Shown: in pieces, positions 40,187 to 50,341 of the stretch
How positions within the stretch are numbered: the stretch's first letter is position 1
Layout of the letters: every line of letters starts with the position of its first letter
NCBI GenBank assembly: GCA_963737905.1
Contig: CAVTUQ010000026.1
Location: 1 to 64,000 of the forward strand
Origin: an uncultured delta proteobacterium
Lineage (GTDB): Bacteria; Desulfobacterota; Binatia; UBA9968
DNA: 64,000 nt
Direction: 5' to 3'
Notes under the pieces: model-generated
The model's database searches: none
Told to the model about the DNA's origin: nothing
Seen by the model: only the letters and a program-made list of their open reading frames with translations
Made by a program: the position numbers and the translations under genes

Positions 40187-41314
40187 ATGCCATACGTCGA
40201 GCAACATAAGGTTAAACGTTCGGGCATTGGACTGCGTGCTTGCGATCGCGATCGAGTCTTTGCCGGCTTTACGATGTTCGCGCCGCTGAGCGGCGACGGC
40301 AAGGTTTACCTGATCGATCTCGATGGCGAGGTCGTCCATACTTGGCAGATGCCTTATCCGCCGGGCCAGTATGGCTATCTCACGGAAAGAGGCACCTATT
40401 TCTATAACGGCAAGACCTCCGAGGACTCGACCCGTTTCATAACCAACAAACCCTGGAAAGGCGGCGCGGTATTGGAAGCTGACTGGAACGGCCGAGTCCT
40501 TTGGGAGGTGCGTCATCCAGACCATCACCACGATGGCATCAGACTGAGAAATGGTAACGTCTTGTTGATTTGTCTCGCTCAGTTGCCGCGCGATCTCATC
40601 TCCAGAATCAAAGGCGGATTGCCCAGTACAGAACATCACGGTGCAATGTACGGAGATTATCTTGTCGAAATGACGATCACGGGAGAAATTGTCTGGGAAT
40701 GGCGCACGTGGGAGCACCTCGATCCGGCGACAGATTGCATCACGGCTATGCAAGACCCGCGCGAGGCGTGGACGCATGCCAACGGTCTGGCGGAGTTCCC
40801 AAACGGAGACATCGCGTTGAGTTTTCGTCACATTTCAACGGTCATCATCGTTGAGCGCAAAACGGGGCAAATCATCTGGAAGCTCGGAGCGCCGCCTTTA
40901 TCGGGACAGCATGCGCCGACGCCGCTTCCCAATGGCAATCTTTTGCTCTTCGACAACGGCCCGCACCGGTTAGACCACTCGATGCCGTTCTCGCGTGTGT
41001 TCGAAGTCGAATTGGCGACCAAAGAGATCGTTTGGAAGTACCAGGAGCGGCGCGAATATGAATTTTTCAGCCCGCGTATGTCTAACGCTCAGCGATTACC
41101 GAACGGCAACACTTTGATCTGCGAGGCCGACTTTGGCCGGCTGTTCGAAGTGACGGCTGGAGGTGAATTGGTTTGGGAGTACGTCAACCCGTATTTCAAC
41201 GAAGGGCCAAACGGGTTAAATAATCGTGTCTTCCGCGCGTACAGATACAGTGCAACCGAGATCGCTAGAGCCAAAGCCACAGGCACTCTGGGCACTCCTG
41301 GCGGAGTCTCTTAA
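40187..41314 (+). CDS. arylsulfate sulfotransferase-like beta-propeller protein
   Basis: HHHDG, WTHANG, GQH, LLFDNG, SRVFEV, NAQRLPNGNTLI, GELVWEYVNP. Confidence 0.88.
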   Translation: MPYVEQHKVKRSGIGLRACDRDRVFAGFTMFAPLSGDGKVYLIDLDGEVVHTWQMPYPPGQYGYLTERGTYFYNGKTSEDSTRFITNKPWKGGAVLEADWNGRVLWEVRHPDHHHDGIRLRNGNVLLICLAQLPRDLISRIKGGLPSTEHHGAMYGDYLVEMTITGEIVWEWRTWEHLDPATDCITAMQDPREAWTHANGLAEFPNGDIALSFRHISTVIIVERKTGQIIWKLGAPPLSGQHAPTPLPNGNLLLFDNGPHRLDHSMPFSRVFEVELATKEIVWKYQERREYEFFSPRMSNAQRLPNGNTLICEADFGRLFEVTAGGELVWEYVNPYFNEGPNGLNNRVFRAYRYSATEIARAKATGTLGTPGGVS

Positions 41315-41493
41315 CCATTTAAATCGGCCGTATAATATTCCTCGAAAAGAAAATGCTGGCAAATTTGGTACGCTGCTGTACACAGCGCCGCCGTAACTAA
41401 ACGCTCCAGCAAAGGCTGACCGCGAGATCAGAACAAAAATTTCCATGAAAATACACTTAGCCTTAGCAGAGGAATGACATAGGAGGTGATGCA

Positions 41494-41928
41494 ATAAGCG
41501 ATGTCCATGAGGGTGGTTGTCTTTGTCAGGCAATACGGTATCGCGTTAGGGGCGACCCGATGCGAGTCTCAACGTGTTACTGCACGTTTTGTCAACGCCG
41601 TACCGGCGGTGCGTTGAGCATTCATGCTTTCTTCGATGAGCAAAATATCGAGCTAAACGGCGATGGCCTTACTACGTACGAACATCACTCTGACGAAAGT
41701 GGTCTCTGGTTGCGACTACACTCCTGCAACCGGTGCGCAACAACTTTGATGTTGACTCTGGAAAAGTTTCCAGGCGTCCGAATCATCGCGGGCGGGACAT
41801 TCGACGACCCGAACTGGATCAGGATAGTTAAGCACGTCTGGACACGGTCGGCCCAGCACTGGATGATGTTTCCGCAGAATGTGGATTGCTTTGAGAAAAG
41901 CTGTCAGGGAGCTAGAACAACCCCATGA
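41494..41928 (+). CDS. GFA/CENP-V family Zn-binding protein
   Basis: HEGGCLC upstream of and in frame with ATG 41560, then CYCTFCQRRTG and CNRC; apparent start is ATA 41494 after SD AGGAGGTG. Confidence 0.8.
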   Translation: MSDVHEGGCLCQAIRYRVRGDPMRVSTCYCTFCQRRTGGALSIHAFFDEQNIELNGDGLTTYEHHSDESGLWLRLHSCNRCATTLMLTLEKFPGVRIIAGGTFDDPNWIRIVKHVWTRSAQHWMMFPQNVDCFEKSCQGARTTP

Positions 41929-41979
41929 AGTGGATTTGTATCACATGCGCCAGATTCCCCCTTCTGCTCGACTGATGCG

Positions 41980-42037
41980 GCTAAACCATTGGGTTGAAAG
42001 GGAGCGGGCGGACCACGCGCCTCACTCAATCTAAGGC
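41980..42037 (+). other. degenerate attC-like site A
   Basis: GCTAAAC ... ATTGGGTTGA / TCACTCAAT imperfect inverted repeat; R' box decayed (CTAAGGC); similar to site B. Confidence 0.4.
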
Positions 42038-42065
42038 GACGATACGCGAAGGAGAATTAAATGAT

Positions 42066-42861
42066 ATGAAGTGGCTATCGAGGTTTATTGTTTTTGCAGT
42101 CGCGTCTGGTACCGGAGTAGGGGCTCAAGACGTCCCTTCACAGGCTCGGGTAGAACTCGCGCCTACAGGCAAGCTTAGGGTTGCTCTCTTGCCGCTACCG
42201 CATATCGCCGTCCGCGATAAAGATACGGGAGACTTCAAGGGAGTAGTCGTCGATCTCAGTCGGGAACTGGCCAAACGGCTCAACGTGCCGGTCGAGTTCG
42301 TGACGGTGAACTCGAATATGGTTGCCGTCGATCAGGTCAAGAATGGCCAGGCGGATTTTACCTTCCTGGTTGGCTTACCGGCGCTGGCTAGCTCAAATCG
42401 ACTTTGGGGCGGCCTACATCGAATATGAGACGAGCTTTCTCGTGCCAGCAAACTCTCCGATTCGCGGAGTGGACGACATCGATCTTCCGGGATTCCGAAT
42501 CATTGTACCTGAGAATGGCGTAGCCGAGGCGAAGCTCAGCCAAACACTCAAGAACGTCAAACTCATTGGCGCGCCGATCGCGATTGGTTCTGCGAACCGG
42601 GTGGTCGAAATGCTCAAGAACGGCGAGGCGGACGCCTACAGTAATCTCACTCACCTGCTCTCGCTCACGCAAACTGAGCTGCCAGGTTGGCGTATTGTGC
42701 CTGGAAGCTACATGATGACGGTGTTTTCAATAGGCTATCCAAAAGGTAGGCCGGCCGGCGCTACCTACGCGAATCAATTCATCGAAGAAATGAAAAAGAG
42801 CGGCTTCATTCAGCAGGCGATTGAGCGGGCCAATCTCAAGGGTGCGGTGGTGCCCAAATAA
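42066..42861 (+). CDS. ABC substrate-binding protein, family 3 (frameshift near 42388)
   Basis: signal peptide, ELAPTGKLRV, GVVVDLSRELAKRL; second frame IDF..Y..LVPANSPI and IGYPKGRP. Confidence 0.82.
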
Positions 42862-42906
42862 CGTATTGCTTTACACGGATTTTGCCGTGTATTTAGCAGA
42901 TACCCG

Positions 42907-42963
42907 GCCCAACCGTTGGGCGGAGACGGACGCTCGACGCGTCGCTCACCCAAAACGTCAGGC
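42907..42963 (+). other. attC-like site B (57 bp)
   Basis: R'' GCCCAAC; TTGGGCGGAG / CTCACCCAA arms with one unpaired G; inner GACGC/GCGTC stem; R' GTCAGGC (one mismatch to GTTRRRY). Confidence 0.6.
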
Positions 42964-43031
42964 GTCATAGCTCAGCTTATGAGGCTAGTATTGGTCAAGC
43001 AGTGGTCCACAATGTCACGGAGGCAAAACGC

Positions 43032-43478
43032 ATGTCTACACAAGGGTATGTGCTAGGCCCCACTGAGGGCGAACATCTCATTCGGAATGCTGGAAGCTAT
43101 ATTATCAAGGTAGACCCCAGCAGGGGTTCAAACAACATGGCCCTGGGAACACAGCAGGTGCCGATCCGCACCGGCATCCAAGTCCATCAGCATCAAGAAG
43201 CAGATGAAGTGCTTTTCGTTCTGGAAGGCACCGGTTTTGGCATATTGGACGATTCACGCATGCCAGTCGAAAAAGGTTCGGCAATTTATATCCCTAAGGG
43301 TGTTTGGCATGGACTTGAGAATCCCGACAGAGAACTATCGCTGCTTTGGGTCGTGGCACCACCGGGACTCGAAACGTTTTTTCGTGAGGTAAGCAGCGCT
43401 CCTGGAGCACCGCCCAAGCAACTTAATCGCGAACAATTGAACGAAATTGCCCAGAAACACGGAATTCAGTTGAAGTAA
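43032..43478 (+). CDS. cupin domain protein
   Basis: VHQHQEADEVLFVLEG and IPKGVWHG motifs; GGAGG SD. Confidence 0.88.
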   Translation: MSTQGYVLGPTEGEHLIRNAGSYIIKVDPSRGSNNMALGTQQVPIRTGIQVHQHQEADEVLFVLEGTGFGILDDSRMPVEKGSAIYIPKGVWHGLENPDRELSLLWVVAPPGLETFFREVSSAPGAPPKQLNREQLNEIAQKHGIQLK

Positions 43479-43576
43479 CGAGAAGTCGGCCAAGGTGGGT
43501 AAAGTTGCCCCAAGGCATTGCCACCACCTACGCGTACATGAGTCGAGGCTAACAACCATACGGGTGAACGGAGCTC

Positions 43577-43658
43577 GCTGAACAAGGCCATGCATCGGAC
43601 GTTTCAACAGCGATCCTTCGCACAGCTGTTACCCAGCGGCTGATGGCCGGCGTTAGAC
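43577..43658 (+). other. attC-like site C (82 bp)
   Basis: R'' GCTGAAC; GGCCATGCA / TGATGGCC arms with extrahelical G; inner AACAGC/GCTGTT stem; perfect R' GTTAGAC. Confidence 0.65.
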
Positions 43659-43717
43659 CGCCTGAGCTACGCCGGAGCCGATAAACATGGCTTGATTGAC
43701 AATCCAACGGAGAGCTT

Positions 43718-44482
43718 ATGTTCGAAGTCGCGGAAGCCTATGAGCGGCAGAGAGGGCGATCAAGCAAGATATTGGCGCCGTTGTTCGTCGATTTTGCCGG
43801 TGTCCGAGGCGAGGTGCTCGACGTCGGTTGCGGCACGGGCGCGCTTACGTTCGCGATTGCGCAGCATGAGGCGGTGTCGAAGATCGTCGGCCTGGACTTG
43901 TCCGAGGCGTTTCTCGCTTACGCGCGGTCGAAGAGTGACGATCCGCGAATTCATTTCGAGCAAGGAGATGCTCAGGCGTTGCCATACCCACATGGTTTTT
44001 TCGATTGCTGTCTGGGATTACTCGTCATGAGCTTTATCCCGGACGCATCCAAGGCCGCCAGTGAAATGCGCCGTGTGACCCGACCGGGCGGAGTGGTCGC
44101 TACAGCAATGTGGGACACCACCGGGGGAAACCAGTTGAATGACGCGCTAACTGAGGCTGCAACTGTCATTGATCCCGAAGCTAAACTGCTCAGTGGCACT
44201 CATGGCACTATAGAGGAACTTTTATCTTTATGGACCTCTGCCGGCCTCACAAATATCGAAGTGAACGGTATCGTGTTCCCCTGCGGCTTCGACTCCTTCG
44301 ACGGTTATTGGCAACCACTTACCGAAGGCCAGGGACCTGCCGGCGTTTATCTTCGTCGGGTTGCGGAAGATCAGCGAAGCGCATTGCGCGAGCGGCTGCG
44401 GCAGAATATTTTTGGCGACCGCATTGACGGGCCATTTACACTTCAGGCCAAAGCGTGGGCGGTTAAAGGAATCGTGCCTTGA
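43718..44482 (+). CDS. class I SAM-dependent methyltransferase
   Basis: VLDVGCGTGA, GLDLS, GDAQALPY, EMRRVTRPGG. Confidence 0.92.
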   Translation: MFEVAEAYERQRGRSSKILAPLFVDFAGVRGEVLDVGCGTGALTFAIAQHEAVSKIVGLDLSEAFLAYARSKSDDPRIHFEQGDAQALPYPHGFFDCCLGLLVMSFIPDASKAASEMRRVTRPGGVVATAMWDTTGGNQLNDALTEAATVIDPEAKLLSGTHGTIEELLSLWTSAGLTNIEVNGIVFPCGFDSFDGYWQPLTEGQGPAGVYLRRVAEDQRSALRERLRQNIFGDRIDGPFTLQAKAWAVKGIVP

Positions 44483-44510
44483 TACGCAGGGCGTAACAAA
44501 CGGAGGTCGT

Positions 44511-45349
44511 ATGGCGGACACTCTCACACCTAAAAAATGGGGACGCAAAGAGAGCGCTGATTGGTGGAGCGCTGGGCAAGCGCGGCGTCAGCAAATCTAT
44601 GGAGCTGCAACTGAGATGATGCTTGAAGTGGCCGGTGTCCAACCGGGCAGCCGAGTGCTGGACGTTGCCGCGGGTACAGGTGATCAACGCTCATGGTGGC
44701 TCGACGCGTCGGACCAACAGGCAATGTACTGGCCACAGACGATTCCGCCAGCATGCTAAAGGTTGCTGCCGAGGCGGCGCGCAAAGAGGGCCTCACGAAC
44801 GTCGAAACCCGCGTAATGAACGCTGAGAATATTGAGCTCGACTCGGACTCGTTTGACGCGGTGATATGTCGGATTGCTCTGATGCTATTTCCGAACCCAG
44901 GGAAAGCGCTAACCGAGATGCGCCGCGTAGTGAAGCCTGGAGGCAAAGTCGCAGTGATGGTGTATTCCGCCGTAGAAAGAAATCCGCACCATGGGATTCC
45001 CTTCGCAATTATTCGCCGCTTAGGAAACATACCCCCTCCAGCGCCAGGAGAACCCTGGATGTACGCCCTTGGGGAGTCAGGGGCGCTTGAAGACGTCTAC
45101 AGTCGGGCCGGTTTTCTGAAAGTGTCGGTTCACGCCGTTCCTATACAGCGACGTTTGCCATCCGCTGCTGACGCTGTTAGAAACATGAGAAATTCTGCAG
45201 GTGATATTAGCGAACTCATGAGCCGACTGAATGACGCTGATCGTGAGCTGGCTTGGGCAGAAATTGAACAGTCAATGCGCCAGTTTGAGGGACCGAACGG
45301 CTTTGAGGCGCCGGGCGAGGTGCTGATTGGGGTCGGGACGAAGCAGTAG
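44511..45349 (+). CDS. class I SAM-dependent methyltransferase (UbiE-like; frameshift near 44686)
   Basis: GGAGG SD, VLDVAAGTGDQ, then one missing A restores TLMVARRVGPTG; FDAVICR, RRVVKPGG. Confidence 0.85.
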
Positions 45350-45486
45350 GAGTGGAGAACGGAGATAATCCAATTAGCTATCCATTGCGATAGCGCCGTC
45401 GAGCACAGGAAAAGGGTCCAGAGGTCTATTGCATACACGTGTGTTGGTTGCGGTCCGCGAAGAATTTTTGACGAGCGGAGGACAAC

Positions 45487-45933
45487 ATGTCGATTGCATC
45501 CCATAAAGCAATCGTGCGTCGCTACTTTGAGGAAGCCCTCGATAAGAGAAGGCTGGATGTTCTTGACGAAATCGTTGCGAGAGATTGCATCATACATCGA
45601 CCGGAGGCTCCGGAACCGATCCGAGGACTCGAAGCGTTCAGGCTCACGCTCGAAAGGATTCTCCAGGTGTATAGCGAATTCAAAACAAACATCCACGATT
45701 TAATCGCCGAGGAAGATCGCGTCGTATGTAGATTGAGCCACCAGGCGGTGAATCGGGGAGAATGGAAGAGTCGTGTCGGAACCCACGCGGTGGCGGGAAA
45801 GACGGTTACCTGGCCAGCAATCGCAATTTTTCGACTTCACGATGGCAAGATTGCGGAAGAATGGGTTAGTCGGGACGAGCTTGGCATGCTGATCAAGCTC
45901 GGGGTCTTGATATCTAGCGAGAAGTCAAAGTGA
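45487..45933 (+). CDS. SnoaL-like / ester cyclase family protein
   Basis: KAIVRRYFEE, DLIAEEDRV, FRLHDGKIAEEW. Confidence 0.88.
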   Translation: MSIASHKAIVRRYFEEALDKRRLDVLDEIVARDCIIHRPEAPEPIRGLEAFRLTLERILQVYSEFKTNIHDLIAEEDRVVCRLSHQAVNRGEWKSRVGTHAVAGKTVTWPAIAIFRLHDGKIAEEWVSRDELGMLIKLGVLISSEKSK

Positions 45934-46090
45934 TTAAATGACCCTGTTAAGGACTGATTCTTTCGCGGACCAACACAAGCGAGCAAAACCGTTTCGGCGG
46001 GGTACGAAAGGAAAAAGTATCAAAGACCATTTTTTCGGGGTTCAAGAGTGCGCGAATATCAATGTAGCGGCGAGCGGGGAGGAAAATCCG

Positions 46091-46857
46091 ATGGATTTGG
46101 GATTACAGGGAAAGGTGGCGATTGTGACGGGGTCCAGCGACGGGATCGGCTACGCATCGGCGCATGCTCTGGCGAAAGAAGGAGTCCGTGTTGTGTTGTG
46201 CGCCAGACGGGAGGCTCCTCTCGCCAAGGCTCGGGAAACCGTTGCGATGGAGACTGGCGCCGAGGTGCTCGCGGTGCCGTGCGACGTGCAACAGCTTCCC
46301 GACGTTCAGCGACTGGTCAGAGAAACCATGGAGAGCTTCGGCGCCATTCATATATTGGTTAACAACGCCGGCAGCGTTCCGAGCATGCAATTCGCCGAGG
46401 TGGACGATGCGCAGTGGCATCAGATGCTGGAGGGAAAGCTGCTCAATTATATCCGCGTCACGCGCGAGGCCGGCTGGGGAAGAATCGTCAATATCGCGGG
46501 TGGTGGCGGAAGGCAGCCGACCGCCACGGGGATGGCGGTCGGTGTCAATAATGCGGCAGTAATCAATGGACCAAGTCCCTGTCGTTACAGTATGCGGCGG
46601 ACGGCATTCTGGTGACGACCATCGCGCCCGGCAAGATTGACACGCCGCGCCAAATTCGAAACCGTGAGCGAGAGGCAGAGATACGAGGTATGAATCTCGA
46701 GGTACTCCAGGAGGACGGTGTGCGTGATATCCCGCTAAAGCGAGTCGGCCGCCCGGAGGAGGTGGCGAGCGTGGTAGTTTTCCTGGCATCGGAGAGGTCG
46801 AGTTACATGACCGGCACCTGTGTGACGGTGGACGGCGGCTCCACGCGCGCGATATGA
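46091..46857 (+). pseudogene. SDR family oxidoreductase (frameshift near 46567 plus an apparent short in-frame deletion)
   Basis: TGSSDGIG, LVNNAG, GRIVNI, then second frame IAPG..TP, GRPEEVA and VDGG; TRE|AGWGR lacks the usual helix residues. Confidence 0.75.
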
Positions 46858-46879
46858 CGCCGAGAATTCCGAGGGGATC

Positions 46880-47380
46880 ATGGTAAACGGAAATGTCGTT
46901 GCAATATTTGTCTCGCCCATTGCCGGCGGGAAAATGGAAGAGGTGGAAATAGCGGAAGCCATTGCCGGCGCCGGTCTCGGGGGAGACCGTTACTCGAAGG
47001 GCGAGGGTAGCTTCAATCGAAAACAGCCGGGAAGGCGGCAAGTGACTCTTATCAATTCCGTTTTCTTTCAAAGCAGTGGCTTTGAATATGTCGAGAGCCG
47101 CCGCAATATTGTGACCCAGGGCATCGAACTGATGTGGCTCATTGGCCGCGAGTTTCAAATTGGGAAGGCGCGTTTCCGCGGACAGCACTACTGTGATCCC
47201 TGTTTGCGGCCTACTCGCCTCTCCGGCAAGACGGAGAAGTTCTTGGAAGCGTTCAGCGATCGCGGCGGTCTTGTGGCAGAGATCATCGAAAACGGCACGA
47301 TAAGAAAAGGCGATCCTATCAGCCTCAAAGCGCTAGCGGAGGATGCCTACTATTACCGAAATCGCGAGGCAGATAAATAA
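46880..47380 (+). CDS. MOSC domain protein
   Basis: GLGGDRY, RQVTLI, RRNIVT.G, CDPC, RGGL.A.I...G.I..GD. Confidence 0.88.
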   Translation: MVNGNVVAIFVSPIAGGKMEEVEIAEAIAGAGLGGDRYSKGEGSFNRKQPGRRQVTLINSVFFQSSGFEYVESRRNIVTQGIELMWLIGREFQIGKARFRGQHYCDPCLRPTRLSGKTEKFLEAFSDRGGLVAEIIENGTIRKGDPISLKALAEDAYYYRNREADK

Positions 47381-47400
47381 GAATCTGAGACACCGATTAC

Positions 47401-47583
47401 TATTATGGTATACCTTACGAGGTGCAAGCCACTCGGAACGGTCTCTGCGCGGGGTCGCCGGAACAGTGTATCGGATGGCTCAACGCGTTTATTGCCGCCG
47501 GCGCACAGACGATCGTGGTCCGATTCGGGAGTCCGGATCAGACTGGACAACCGGTGCGATTCGCCAGTGGGGTTTGCCACACC
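47401..47583 (+). pseudogene. 3' remnant of an LLM oxidoreductase (paralogue of 51517-52464)
   Basis: YYGIPYEVQATRNGLCAGSPEQC..FIAAGAQTIVVRFGSPDQ, closely matching ~52267-52450. Confidence 0.8.
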
Positions 47584-47706
47584 TGCGGACAGGTTGAGAG
47601 TGAGGTCTGTGAATTTCAATGCAAGCCTCAACATCTCCGACGGAGCCTTGTTGGCTGTTTTTGACGAGGGAAAGTTGAGCAATGCTGAAATCAAACGAGG
47701 CTTTCT

Positions 47707-48627
47707 ATGGTCCATGTCACGAGGCTTAAACTGATTCAATTCAGGGCAGGTTATAATCTTCCCGTCCACGCCGGCCGGGAGAAGGGGATCTTCGAACGGT
47801 ATGGTCTCGACGTCGAAATAACCTATACGCCGGGCTCGCTGTACACTAGCGAAGCACTGCGCAAAGGGGAATTCGAGATCGGCCACACGGGAGCTGATGA
47901 TATCGTCGCCGATGTGGAGGATTTCGGCGGCGGCCCCTCGGGTCTGTTTATTTTCATGGGACTTCATAGTGGCCTTCTGAGCATCGTTGGAGCACCAGGT
48001 ATCGCGACGGTCGAGTCGCTTCGCGGCAAAGAACTGGCCGTCGACGCGCGCGCGAGCGGGTTTGTTTTTATTCTCGAAAAATTCCTGCGCACGAAGGGCC
48101 TTGGCCCCGACGATTACCGCTTCGTCGAGATCGGCGGCGTCGATAGGCGCTATCAAGCGCTGTTGGAAGGCAAGGTCGCCGGCACCTTGCTTTTGCCGCC
48201 TTTTGCGGGTAACGCCGTGGCGCGTGGCTGCCACGTGCTTGCGCGTGGGGATCAGATCGTTCCCTGCTATCAGGGAACTGTGGGAGCAGCGAAGCGCTCT
48301 TGGGCTGAAAAGAATCGGGATTCGCTGGTCAACTATATAAGCGCTTACGTCGAGGCGACAACGTGGTGTTTCGACATTCAAAATCGCGCGTCCTGTTTGG
48401 AGCTTCTGGCCAAACACAACGGCCTGCAAGGGAAAGCGGCGGACGAGACCTTGGATGCCGTGCTAGATTCAGACTACGGCATGTATCCAAAAGCGGAAGT
48501 GAATCTTCCCGGGGTAAAGTCCGTTCTCGAATTGCGCGCCGAGATGGGCTTTCTCAAGCAGCCGCTGCCGCCGGTCGAGAAGTATATCGATCTGTCTTAT
48601 TACGACCGGGCGGCGGGTAAGAGTTAA
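47707..48627 (+). CDS. NMT1/SsuA-like substrate-binding-fold protein, no signal peptide
   Basis: EKGIFERYGLDVE, LRGKELAVD, RYQALLEGKV; in-frame stop at 47686. Confidence 0.85.
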   Translation: MVHVTRLKLIQFRAGYNLPVHAGREKGIFERYGLDVEITYTPGSLYTSEALRKGEFEIGHTGADDIVADVEDFGGGPSGLFIFMGLHSGLLSIVGAPGIATVESLRGKELAVDARASGFVFILEKFLRTKGLGPDDYRFVEIGGVDRRYQALLEGKVAGTLLLPPFAGNAVARGCHVLARGDQIVPCYQGTVGAAKRSWAEKNRDSLVNYISAYVEATTWCFDIQNRASCLELLAKHNGLQGKAADETLDAVLDSDYGMYPKAEVNLPGVKSVLELRAEMGFLKQPLPPVEKYIDLSYYDRAAGKS

Positions 48628-48757
48628 AGTTGTTCCAGACGGGAAAAGAATTCGGATAAGAGTATCTGGCGCAAAGCATGTCCTGAGCAGCTTAGTCGAA
48701 GGGAACGTAAAGGACGCCAAGGTTCGGAGAAGTTAGGGATAGCACGGGGAAGAGGGC

Positions 48758-49675
48758 ATGCTTATAGCCGTTCCTGATTTTGTCTCGAGTACGTTTTTTC
48801 CATTGATCGCAGCGAAGGCGCTGGGAATCTTTGAGGAGGAAGGTCAGGAAGTGGAGATCGTGCATTCCAATGCACTCAAAGCTGTGGAAGCGCTGCGCAG
48901 CGGAACGGTGGATTTTTCTGCCGGTCCAGCGCATGCCCCGATGATGTTTTTTCCTGAGTGGCGTGGGGTGAAGCTCGTGGCGGCGGTATCGCAAGGCACA
49001 CCTTGGATGCTGGTCATGAAAACAGGTCTGGCAAAACGCGGTGAGATTGCCGCAGTTCAAGGCCGCCGCATTGCCGCGAATGGTGGTCCCGACCTTGTCT
49101 TCAAACATTTGCTTCGGGAAGTTGGCATCGATGTGGAGAGGGACAGAGTGGGCATTGGCCAGCTTCGAGGGGCAAACGAGCCCGGCATTTCCTTCGGCGT
49201 CACCGCCGCGAAGGCGCTTTCGGAAGGACGGGTGGATGGGATCTGGGCCAATGTGTTGGGGTGCGAAGTTGCGGTTCACTTGGGGGCCGGCTCCGTGGTG
49301 GTCGATACGAGGGTCGGCGACGGTCCAGCGGGAGCGCGGAATTATTCATTCATCGCCTTGGCCACGACGGAATCGAAGATCGAAACCGAGCCGGAGCGTA
49401 TCGAGTCCGTTATACGGGCGGTAGTTCGAGCGCAGTCCGTGATTCGACGTGATCCCGGACGCGCCGCAGAGGTAGCGCGGAAGTTGTTCCCGCCCGTCGA
49501 AGCCGAGCTCATGGACCGAATCCTTGTGCGTGACGCGATTTTCTATCGGCCGTCCATATCGAAAAATGCTATTGCCGAGATGAATCAATTTGTCACAGCG
49601 GCTGGCCTGCTCACGTCTCCGGTTCCCTACGAACAAGTGGTTGCCACCCGGTTTCAAAGCCTCTGGTCGGAGTAA
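48758..49675 (+). CDS. NMT1/SsuA-like substrate-binding-fold protein, no signal peptide
   Basis: FPLIAAKALGIFEEEG, GRRIAA..GP, AL.EGRVDG; in-frame stop at 48740. Confidence 0.85.
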   Translation: MLIAVPDFVSSTFFPLIAAKALGIFEEEGQEVEIVHSNALKAVEALRSGTVDFSAGPAHAPMMFFPEWRGVKLVAAVSQGTPWMLVMKTGLAKRGEIAAVQGRRIAANGGPDLVFKHLLREVGIDVERDRVGIGQLRGANEPGISFGVTAAKALSEGRVDGIWANVLGCEVAVHLGAGSVVVDTRVGDGPAGARNYSFIALATTESKIETEPERIESVIRAVVRAQSVIRRDPGRAAEVARKLFPPVEAELMDRILVRDAIFYRPSISKNAIAEMNQFVTAAGLLTSPVPYEQVVATRFQSLWSE

Positions 49676-49742
49676 GATCACCGACGATTAGGCGTAGGAT
49701 GCTCGGACTCGCAGGGAAAGCGTTGCCGCTGGCTGGAAAAAG

Positions 49743-50027
49743 CTACGCTGCAATTTTTCGAACGCGAAGCTTCTTACGGCCCTGCTCGGCATGCCAGAGG
49801 TCATACTGGGTTTGCTGAGTAAGCCAACTTTCCGCGGATGTACCAAAAGCAATGGACAGACGCACCGCCATCTCGGGACTAATCCCGGCCCGACCATTCA
49901 GAATCGCCGATAACGTTTTGCGACTTACCCCCAGGGCTTTTGCTGTTTCGGTGATGCTTAGATTCAAGGGTTCGAGACATAGAGTTTTCAGAACTTCTCC
50001 CGGGTGGGGAGGATTATGCATGCGCAT
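49743..50027 (-). CDS. higA: HigA family antitoxin (HTH)
   Basis: [40 protein letters not shown]. Confidence 0.93.
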   Translation of the reverse strand: MRMHNPPHPGEVLKTLCLEPLNLSITETAKALGVSRKTLSAILNGRAGISPEMAVRLSIAFGTSAESWLTQQTQYDLWHAEQGRKKLRVRKIAA

Positions 50028-50035
50028 AGTGCACC

Positions 50036-50314
50036 TCAGTGATAGTCTTCGTAATCGACGTCATCGGCATCTTTCCCGACGAAAGTGAAGGTGATTCGCC
50101 AGTTTCCGCTAACCTTTACCGCACATGTGCCCTTACGATCGCCCTTGAGTGGGTGAAGATCCAGGCCGGGAAGGTTCATATCATTGGGAGTTATGGACAC
50201 ATTTAAACGGCCGAGAATGATCCGCAGCCGATCCGCATGCTGGGCCTGGATACCTGCTTTGCTTCCGGTGGCAAAGAACTGCTCAAGCCCTTTGTGCTTG
50301 AAGCCCCGGATCAT
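50036..50314 (-). CDS. higB: HigB (RelE/ParE superfamily) toxin
   Basis: [31 protein letters not shown]; upstream of higA. Confidence 0.93.
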   Translation of the reverse strand: MIRGFKHKGLEQFFATGSKAGIQAQHADRLRIILGRLNVSITPNDMNLPGLDLHPLKGDRKGTCAVKVSGNWRITFTFVGKDADDVDYEDYH

Positions 50315-50324
50315 GTCGGCCACT

Positions 50325-50341
50325 GTAACCTACCTGGTTAC
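50325..50341. promoter_or_regulatory. putative HigA operator palindrome
   Basis: GTAACC-N5-GGTTAC immediately upstream of higB. Confidence 0.55.
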
